Source: Candidatus Cloacimonadales bacterium
GTDB taxonomy: Bacteria > Cloacimonadota > Cloacimonadia > Cloacimonadales > JAFGVF01
Reading direction: 5' to 3'
Assembly: GCA_963667035.1 (NCBI GenBank)
Contig: OY762964.1
Location: forward strand, 2,688,001-2,752,000
Length of the DNA stretch: 64,000 nt
Positions 56,947 to 64,000 of the stretch are shown in pieces; within the stretch, counting starts at the first letter, position 1; each line of letters starts with the position of its first letter. The translations under genes and the position numbers were made by a program. The notes below the pieces were generated by a model that had not been told where the DNA came from, searched no databases, and worked only from the letters and a program-made list of their open reading frames with translations.

Positions 56947-58154
56947 TGAAATACTTAACTATAATTATACTTTTGTTTGTCATTAGTTCCGCTTTTTCTT
57001 TTGACCTTAAAAATCTCAATGATTTCTCGATAGGATACTATAGTGTTGATGGAAAGAACTTAATGAATTCTAGGGAGAAGCTCTTCACGGACATATCTTT
57101 TAATAGCTATTTCGCCGGTGGTATTGAGCTTGACCTTTTGATCTCAGAAAATGAATATAAACAAAAGAATTTCTATGTTTATGATAGATTTAAATCATAT
57201 CTAACTTGGAACTATGAGAGCACAACTCTCTCTACTTCTTTCAGTAACACTCTTTTTGATAATGCTAAAACCAATGAGATAATTTTAACAGGTTTGTTCG
57301 ATCCGGTAATAAAACCTGTTTCAAAAAACAGTCTTACTTTTGCAGCTACACATAATCAGTGGAATTTTAACATTGATGGAGCAATCAGGTATAGGAACCT
57401 TAATTATGATTATCATCTATCTGAGGAAACAGAGCATGAGAACGACCTATTTATCGATTTAACGCTTTCAAGAGATATTATTGAGGGATTAGGAGCCTTT
57501 ACAACAATATATTATAAGAATGATTTGAATGATATACCTAATTCGGAGATTCCGGATAACTTCGAGATTAACGACCCGAGTAAATATTATAATGAACTTA
57601 CACTAGGGGGAGGAGTATACTGGAAAAAACGTTTTAGTAATAATCAAGTGATTAAAGTATCAACAGCATATCTACATAGAGACGGTGAAACAATTCCTGA
57701 TTATCTAACTCACTATTTTATAACGGATGTACGCTACCCATATTCATTATCACCACTTCTATATGGTTATATCTCAGGTATTAGCAGAGGATGTTATAAT
57801 GAACAGGACGATAAGTTTTACAGAGTTTCCAATCTTATTAGAGCTCAATTAAAGTATTCACTTAATCCTTTTGATTCTCGGGCTTATATTTGTGCCGGTT
57901 TTAAATACAATCCGGAGAACAAAACAGATAGATATTACGGGGAAGTTTCGTATCCGATTGATAGATTCTTAACTCTAAGGGTTGCCGATTATATCTCTCC
58001 TAAATATTACAATAACGTTGTTACCGGAATAGAATACTCTTTTGCAAAATACAATTCGATATATTTGGAGAACACTTATTCTATCGTCAAAAGTGATGTA
58101 CTCGCATTAGCTGATAACAATGAGTTAAGATTAGGTACAAGGATAGCATTTTAA
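56946..58154 (+). CDS. Putative outer-membrane beta-barrel protein
   Basis: ATG 56946 overlaps the Fd4 stop (TAATG). Signal peptide ending SAFS; many amphipathic Tyr/Phe-rich strands; C-terminal ELRLGTRIAF. Confidence 0.7.
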   Translation: MKYLTIIILLFVISSAFSFDLKNLNDFSIGYYSVDGKNLMNSREKLFTDISFNSYFAGGIELDLLISENEYKQKNFYVYDRFKSYLTWNYESTTLSTSFSNTLFDNAKTNEIILTGLFDPVIKPVSKNSLTFAATHNQWNFNIDGAIRYRNLNYDYHLSEETEHENDLFIDLTLSRDIIEGLGAFTTIYYKNDLNDIPNSEIPDNFEINDPSKYYNELTLGGGVYWKKRFSNNQVIKVSTAYLHRDGETIPDYLTHYFITDVRYPYSLSPLLYGYISGISRGCYNEQDDKFYRVSNLIRAQLKYSLNPFDSRAYICAGFKYNPENKTDRYYGEVSYPIDRFLTLRVADYISPKYYNNVVTGIEYSFAKYNSIYLENTYSIVKSDVLALADNNELRLGTRIAF

Positions 58155-59125
58155 TGTTTAAAACTTTCACGGAAGGATTTATTCTGGGACTAACAACCGG
58201 TACTGTGTGCTTGGTTAGCTGCACTCCCATATATCTACCTTTTATAATTTCAGAAAAACGTTCTATCAGTAAAAACTTTCTGAAAGTAATGGAAATCTCT
58301 GCAGGTAGATTCTTTTCTTACTTGTCATTTGGTGCCTTAGCAGGATGGTTAGGTGGAAATATTGCTACGATAGATAGAAATCTGTTCACGGGAATCGCCT
58401 ATATTCTTTTAACGGTTTTTATGCTTCTATCGTTCTTTAGATTAACTAGAAAAGAGAAGAGTTGCCATATACCCAAATTTGTTAATGTAACTAGAAGTGC
58501 ATTTTTATTAGGCATATTTACCGGGATTAACTTTTGTCCTTCCTTTTTAATTGCATTATCGAAAGCAATTGACTTGGCAGGTCCTTTGAGTGGAATCTTG
58601 TTATTCTTTGGTTTCTTTGTCGGCACTTCACTTTTCCTAATTCCTTTAGCATTTACCGGATTTCTTTCAAAGATGAAGCTTATGAAAGTAATTGCAAGAT
58701 ATGCTTCAATTGCAATAGCTCTCTACTTCTTATACTCAGGTATCCATAAGATAAAGGATTTTATTGTTTCATCTCAAGCCAGAATTGTAGATCCGATATC
58801 AGTTGAATACAAGTTAACTTTGTTTACTGATGATCCTAATTCTGAATTTTATAAAGTACTTTCAGATTCATTAATAGCAATTAAATCTAATCAGTTCACA
58901 TTTGTAAGTACTGATAAACTAGGAATATCAACTTTAGCATCTGTTCAGAAAGGGACAATTCTATTGATAGCTCCGAATTTGGTAAACGATACAAACATCA
59001 AAGCTATTAAAAATACTGACCATTATATCATGAATCCACAGCATTCACCAGCCGGCGTGATTAATTTCATGAGGAATTATAGTATTAAGGTTGGAAAGAA
59101 CCAATTCTTAGAATGGGAATTTTAA
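58154..59125 (+). CDS. DsbD_2 / CcdA-like six-TM protein with C-terminal soluble domain
   Basis: CLVSC in TM1 (Cys19/23), GRFFSY, GINFCP (Cys128), F..GT; TAATG coupling. Confidence 0.75.
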   Translation: MFKTFTEGFILGLTTGTVCLVSCTPIYLPFIISEKRSISKNFLKVMEISAGRFFSYLSFGALAGWLGGNIATIDRNLFTGIAYILLTVFMLLSFFRLTRKEKSCHIPKFVNVTRSAFLLGIFTGINFCPSFLIALSKAIDLAGPLSGILLFFGFFVGTSLFLIPLAFTGFLSKMKLMKVIARYASIAIALYFLYSGIHKIKDFIVSSQARIVDPISVEYKLTLFTDDPNSEFYKVLSDSLIAIKSNQFTFVSTDKLGISTLASVQKGTILLIAPNLVNDTNIKAIKNTDHYIMNPQHSPAGVINFMRNYSIKVGKNQFLEWEF

Positions 59126-59406
59126 ATACTGCCGAACTATAATGTAATGACTGTTAATTTAGACAGCCATTCATGTTTTATAATAGAGATTGAATACCAA
59201 AACTGTTTATCCTATACTGAGATTATTGAGTTTCAGATTATCCAAAAATGGGTAAATACTCAAAAAAATGGGGCAATAAATAAAAAAACTTGATTGATTT
59301 AGGTGTTATCAGAATATGATTTAAAGAAGAATTGGTGGAAAACTTGCATAACTGTATTTACATTTTATAATTAATATAATAGTTAAATAAATCTACGGAG
59401 GATTTG

Positions 59407-61008
59407 ATGCGCAAGAGCTTACTAATTGCCGTAACTCTCTTAATGCTACTTATTAGTAGCCTGTTAGCTCAGGCTAGCCCTGAAGTTGAGTTCGAGTTCC
59501 AAAGGGGAGATGGAACCGGAACACTGTTAATGAAATTCACTATTCCTGAACACTATTATCAATCATATGTTGTTGGCGATGATATGCCAATGTTCTATAT
59601 GGAGGCAAGTGCTGAAGGTTTTGAGTTTGAACCAGCTAACTATCCTAATCCTGACAATGTTAAAATCGGAGAGACAGTTAAGTATAAACATGAAGCAGTA
59701 TTATCTCAAACTTTCACTTATAATCCAGAGACAAAAGATGGTAAGATAAAAATTGCTTACGGTTATCAGTTATGTGAAGCAGGAGCTGCTTGCGAGTTAC
59801 CTATAGATGACGAAGTAACTCTTTCTTTTGCAACCGGAAAACCTATACAAAACGAAGAAGTTGTAATGGAAGAAACTATCTCTGAAGGAGATGCCGAAGA
59901 AAATCAAAAAATCATTGAAGCTTTCACAAAACTAAATGATAGATATGTTGTAAAAGGCTCAAAAACAGGATTTATTAAAGCGGAAAAGTTTATTGCTTTC
60001 CTCGAAAATCCAAGTGCAATCGGTGATTCAGGCTCAGAAGTTTCTGATAAGAAAGAAGGATTCGAAGGCAAAAGCATCTGGCTTATACTAATATCCATTT
60101 TGATCGGTGGACTTTTAATGAATCTTACACCATGTGTACTGCCAATGATACCGATAACAGTTGCTATAATCGGAGCAGGTTCACAAGGGCAATCAAAAGG
60201 CAAAGGCATAATGCTGGGGACTAGTTACGGACTCGGAATGGCAATCGCCTATGGAGCTTTAGGATTAATAGCAGCGTTAACCGGTTCTGCTTTTGGACAA
60301 CTTAACTCTTCATGGATCTTTAATGCAGTTATTGCATTAATCTTTATATTGTTAGCTCTAGCCATGTTTGATGTATTTGCAATAGACTTTTCAAAATATC
60401 AGAATCCTAACAAGAGGGCTCAACAGCGTGGTAAAGTAGCAGGAGTTTTTGTAATGGGTATCTTTGCTGCTCTATTAGCAGGAGCATGTGTTGCCCCAAT
60501 CCTCATTGCTGTTATTATTTATGCCGGGAATTTATACAGTCAGGGTAATGTTCTCGGATTGGCTCTTCCTTTCCTTCTTGGTATTGGAATGGCACTACCT
60601 TGGCCATTCTTAGGTGGAGGTATGTCTATTCTTCCGAAACCAGGTAACTGGATGAAGTGGGTAAAGATTATATTTGGTGTTTTCATACTATTTATGGCAT
60701 ATAAATATAGCTCTAATGCTTACCATATCCTCAAGCCCAAACCGGTTGTTGGAACAATATCTCAAATTGAGACAGCTATAAAAGAAAAGAAACCCATATT
60801 CTTAGATTTTACAGCGTCCTGGTGTAGTTCATGTAAAGAAATGGATAGGTCAACATTCAAAGATGATGGTGTTATTGAGACTCTTAAAAAATATGAGTTT
60901 ATTAAATACTATGCCGAAAAGCCAAGTAACTCACCAGCAAAGGAAGTTATGAATTTATTTAGTGTTAAAGGTCTTCCAACCTATATTATTTTAGAGCCTA
61001 GGGAATAG
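59407..61008 (+). CDS. dsbD: Thiol:disulfide interchange protein DsbD (three-domain)
   Basis: Signal peptide; N-domain CEAGAAC; TM domain LTPCVLPMIP and ACVAP; thioredoxin domain FTASWCSSC. Confidence 0.9.
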   Translation: MRKSLLIAVTLLMLLISSLLAQASPEVEFEFQRGDGTGTLLMKFTIPEHYYQSYVVGDDMPMFYMEASAEGFEFEPANYPNPDNVKIGETVKYKHEAVLSQTFTYNPETKDGKIKIAYGYQLCEAGAACELPIDDEVTLSFATGKPIQNEEVVMEETISEGDAEENQKIIEAFTKLNDRYVVKGSKTGFIKAEKFIAFLENPSAIGDSGSEVSDKKEGFEGKSIWLILISILIGGLLMNLTPCVLPMIPITVAIIGAGSQGQSKGKGIMLGTSYGLGMAIAYGALGLIAALTGSAFGQLNSSWIFNAVIALIFILLALAMFDVFAIDFSKYQNPNKRAQQRGKVAGVFVMGIFAALLAGACVAPILIAVIIYAGNLYSQGNVLGLALPFLLGIGMALPWPFLGGGMSILPKPGNWMKWVKIIFGVFILFMAYKYSSNAYHILKPKPVVGTISQIETAIKEKKPIFLDFTASWCSSCKEMDRSTFKDDGVIETLKKYEFIKYYAEKPSNSPAKEVMNLFSVKGLPTYIILEPRE

Positions 61009-61010
61009 AT

Positions 61011-62402
61011 ATGAAGAGATTTTCAATTATAATTGCTTTATTACTTACAATTAGTGCTTGCGAGAGATTTACAAAACCGGAACCGGAACCTACAATAACT
61101 GAAAAGGTTACCGATTACTTTGATAATTACGTTGAATCAGCTTTAAATGATATGACAGTTGACGATGTAGGTAGTATTATGGCTCTATACAGCGATGATT
61201 ACCTTAATAATGGTCTTGAAAAAACAGATATTAAACAATCATTCTTGGATTATGCTAGTCAGAATAACATTAATAACTTAACCATTTCATTTACTATTGA
61301 GAATGAAGATTCACTAAAAGTTAGCTGGTCTTTCAATAATAGTAAAAACATACCCCAGATAGATTACTTAATTCCTGATTCAACAAGTAAGTACAAGTTC
61401 TATGGAAATCAAGTATCCTCGATGCAAGATATGATATATACTTTCTTTGAAGAGGAAATCTTACCTGCAATAGAACAAATTTCAGAGTCTGATGTAAGTA
61501 GTATAATGGCATTTTATTGTGATGACTACTTAAACAATGGATCTGTAAAATCAGATGTTGAGCAAGAATATATTGATTTTTTGAGTAATGGTAATGTAGT
61601 CCAATTCTCAATGCATGTAACAATTGTTAATGAAGAGCAGATGAAAGTTAGCTGGTCTTTTTGCCAAACCGAAACGATGAAGAGAATTGACTACCTGATG
61701 GAGAATGGTGATAGTTTCTTATTCTATGGGGACCAACAACAACTTCCACCAACAGAAACAACTAAAGCTTTCATTGAAGTTCTCACAGCAACTTGGTGCC
61801 CTAACTGTCCCGAGTTAGAGCACAAGATAGAAGAAATGAAAGAAACTTATGGAAATGATTTGTTCTACGTTGAATATCACTATAACGATAACCTTAGTGG
61901 TGATTTTAGTGACATCCAAAGCTGGTATAACATATATAGTGCTCCTACCGGAGTATTGCAAGGAACCAACATATTTGTTGGCTCGGAAAGTACTACGCTT
62001 AACCAGTACAATAATATTATCAGTAGCATAACCGCAACAAATGCTGATATTGTACTTAATAATTTAGAATACACTCATGAAGGTGATAAATATAGTTTCA
62101 GCATAGATATTGATAATCCCGGTATGGTTGATACAGAAGATTTGTATTTAAGATATCTTATTGTTGAAGATACATCTTCATCACTTAACAATGCAGGGAA
62201 TCCATGCAAAAATGTAATGTTGGAACAGAATAAAATAGCATTATCCGATGTTGATTTTTATGGAACTTATGAGTTTGATCATACATTGTTAAATACTTTA
62301 CCGGAAGATGCTAAGATAATTATATTTGTTCAGACTATGCCTGAAACATTTAATGAATCAACATGTAAAATCCATAACGTAATGGAAGCAGACCTAAACT
62401 AA
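61011..62402 (+). CDS. Lipoprotein with duplicated N-terminal domain and thioredoxin-like/Omp28-like C-terminal region
   Basis: Lipobox ISAC; two ~100-aa repeats; EVLTATWCPNCP, VEYH, AP; C-terminal Ig-like part with IIIFVQ. Confidence 0.75.
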   Translation: MKRFSIIIALLLTISACERFTKPEPEPTITEKVTDYFDNYVESALNDMTVDDVGSIMALYSDDYLNNGLEKTDIKQSFLDYASQNNINNLTISFTIENEDSLKVSWSFNNSKNIPQIDYLIPDSTSKYKFYGNQVSSMQDMIYTFFEEEILPAIEQISESDVSSIMAFYCDDYLNNGSVKSDVEQEYIDFLSNGNVVQFSMHVTIVNEEQMKVSWSFCQTETMKRIDYLMENGDSFLFYGDQQQLPPTETTKAFIEVLTATWCPNCPELEHKIEEMKETYGNDLFYVEYHYNDNLSGDFSDIQSWYNIYSAPTGVLQGTNIFVGSESTTLNQYNNIISSITATNADIVLNNLEYTHEGDKYSFSIDIDNPGMVDTEDLYLRYLIVEDTSSSLNNAGNPCKNVMLEQNKIALSDVDFYGTYEFDHTLLNTLPEDAKIIIFVQTMPETFNESTCKIHNVMEADLN

Positions 62403-62413
62403 TAGGAGTAATA

Positions 62414-62935
62414 ATGAAACATAGACTTATATTAATAGCAATCGTACTTTTACTTGCCGGTTCTCTTTTTGCAGAGAAGAAGTTTGCAGATTTCAAGCTC
62501 GAAGATGTTAAAGGTAATAAAGTGTCATTAGACACTTTACTCAAAGATGGTCCTATCGTAGTTGATTTTTGGGCAAGTTGGTGTGATCCATGTAAAAAAG
62601 CTCTTCCGCATCTTGATGAGATTGATAAGAAATATGACGGTATAAAAGTTGTAGCAATCTCAATAGACTCTCCAAGAAAAATGACCCGAGCAAAAGCCTT
62701 TGTTAAAAAGAATAAATATGACTTTATTACTCTGTTTGATAGTGATCAGATGATTTCAAAAAACATGGGTGTAAAGAATATACCACATACATTTATAGTT
62801 GATAAAGATGGTACTGTTGTGTTTGAGTTTATGTCAGGTAAACCCGGAGGGGAGAAGATACTTGAAGCTGAAATCCAGAAACTTTTAGGTATTGAGACTT
62901 CTACCGAAGAAGTAGAAGAAGAAGTGGTTGAATAG
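62414..62935 (+). CDS. TlpA/ResA-family thiol-disulfide oxidoreductase
   Basis: Signal peptide; DFKLED..G, VDFWASWCDPC, IP.TFIVDK.G. Confidence 0.9.
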   Translation: MKHRLILIAIVLLLAGSLFAEKKFADFKLEDVKGNKVSLDTLLKDGPIVVDFWASWCDPCKKALPHLDEIDKKYDGIKVVAISIDSPRKMTRAKAFVKKNKYDFITLFDSDQMISKNMGVKNIPHTFIVDKDGTVVFEFMSGKPGGEKILEAEIQKLLGIETSTEEVEEEVVE

Positions 62936-62944
62936 GAGTTGTTA

Positions 62945-64000
62945 ATGAAAAAAGTTTTTACAGCTCTACTTCTTCTCATATCATTATCGATTATTCTAGC
63001 TGATGAATTTGAGTTAAGCGGAACAAATGAGATGGAAGTCATTTACAAAACGGTTGATGACTCTCTGAATACCTACTTCTACAATGAGTTAAGTCTTTTA
63101 GCTAATTACAAAGACATAGTATTCGGAATGAAATTCCTAGCTTCAATGCCTAAATATGAAAGCGATGCTCCTATTGATGAGTTAGACACAAAAGATGTAG
63201 AGGTAGAATGGGACGAAAGATACCTAACTTTTGAGAAAGATAACCTAGCACTTCATGTAGGAACAACGGAAGACTTTGTTGGTTCAGGTATGCTGTTTAG
63301 AGCTTATCGAGATGATGATGTGGATGTAGATACAAGATTAGAAGCTGCTCTTGTAAAAGCTTCAACAGATTATTTTGAGGTGAAAGGTTTATATGGTGCA
63401 ATGCCAAGCGAGGATTATGAAGGTAAAAAAGAACTTGCAGGTCTTTTTGACATACAAAGCAGTTATTTCTCTCATACGAAAATTGGAGCTTCTTATTTCG
63501 AAAATCAAAGACTTGCAACTAGTACTGAATACTCTCTTACTCAAGCTTACGGATTCCGTATGACACAGGAATGGGATTTCTTAGATTTCTACGGTGAATA
63601 CGCAAGAACCTTGAACGACGATAGCGGAATCAATGGGGAAGGTTATTATGCTAATCTAAACACATATTTCGGAGATTTTAGCATTGTCGGTACATATAAA
63701 AACTTTTGGAATATGAATTATGACCTTAATGATACTCCAACTGCCAACTACCATGAAGAAACTCTATCAGATGATTTAGCCAGTGGTGCAGATGAAGAAG
63801 GTTTCATGGGAGAGTTTGGATGGGACCCGGAAGGCTATCATCTCCTTCTAAGCTATGCAGAAGCCTGGGATTCAGATAATGAAAGAAAAATGAACGATTT
63901 CTTCGGAGCAGTTGGTAAGATGATTGGTGAAAAAGAGATTACTGCAGAATTGGGTTATTGGGAAAAAGTTAATGATGAGGCAATCTCTTGGAAAAGAGAG
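62945..64000 (+). CDS. Outer-membrane beta-barrel protein (DUF6029-like), runs off the window end
   Basis: Not in the ORF track because it has no stop in the window. ATG 62945 after AGGAG; MKKVFTALLLLISLSIILA signal; VG...FVGSGMLFRAYRD...D.RL motif; open to 64000. Confidence 0.7.
   Translation, partial: MKKVFTALLLLISLSIILADEFELSGTNEMEVIYKTVDDSLNTYFYNELSLLANYKDIVFGMKFLASMPKYESDAPIDELDTKDVEVEWDERYLTFEKDNLALHVGTTEDFVGSGMLFRAYRDDDVDVDTRLEAALVKASTDYFEVKGLYGAMPSEDYEGKKELAGLFDIQSSYFSHTKIGASYFENQRLATSTEYSLTQAYGFRMTQEWDFLDFYGEYARTLNDDSGINGEGYYANLNTYFGDFSIVGTYKNFWNMNYDLNDTPTANYHEETLSDDLASGADEEGFMGEFGWDPEGYHLLLSYAEAWDSDNERKMNDFFGAVGKMIGEKEITAELGYWEKVNDEAISWKRE

Noticed and set aside
59126..59403. Riboswitch between the ferredoxin and dsbD operons
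   Set aside because: Only weak AT-rich hairpins are present, with no recognisable aptamer consensus.
54924..62935. Selenocysteine (TGA) readthrough in the redox genes
   Set aside because: All Cys motifs are complete with TGT/TGC codons. The TGA ending Fd1 falls after the finished domain.

Overview
This is a low-GC chromosomal window from a diderm, probably anaerobic bacterium. It carries kdsB, TonB-dependent receptors and a class III ribonucleotide reductase. Its secreted proteins have FlgD-Ig/T9SS-like C-termini and include a gingipain-like protease, which suggests Cloacimonadota or another FCB-group lineage (inference). Housekeeping genes (rsgA, nadK, recN, nrdDG, znuACB, cca-like, kdsB, mnmG, dprA, obgE, nfo) are mixed with large secreted modular proteins, an unusual sugar ABC locus and a TPP-riboswitch-controlled uptake pair. 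The most striking locus is 54.3-64 kb. There, a translationally coupled operon encodes four 2[4Fe-4S] ferredoxin-domain proteins, all with Sec or lipoprotein signal peptides and no Tat motif, followed by an outer-membrane beta-barrel and a CcdA/DsbD_2-like membrane protein. A DsbD/thioredoxin-lipoprotein/TlpA/OM-protein operon follows directly. Together these form a candidate cytochrome-free, envelope-spanning Fe-S redox system. A second unexplained signal is a family of intergenic palindromic arrays built from 11-bp units, at 11.6, 22.0 and 46.8 kb. I saw no tRNA, rRNA, CRISPR array or intact transposase. All family assignments come from reading motifs by eye; no database searches were run.
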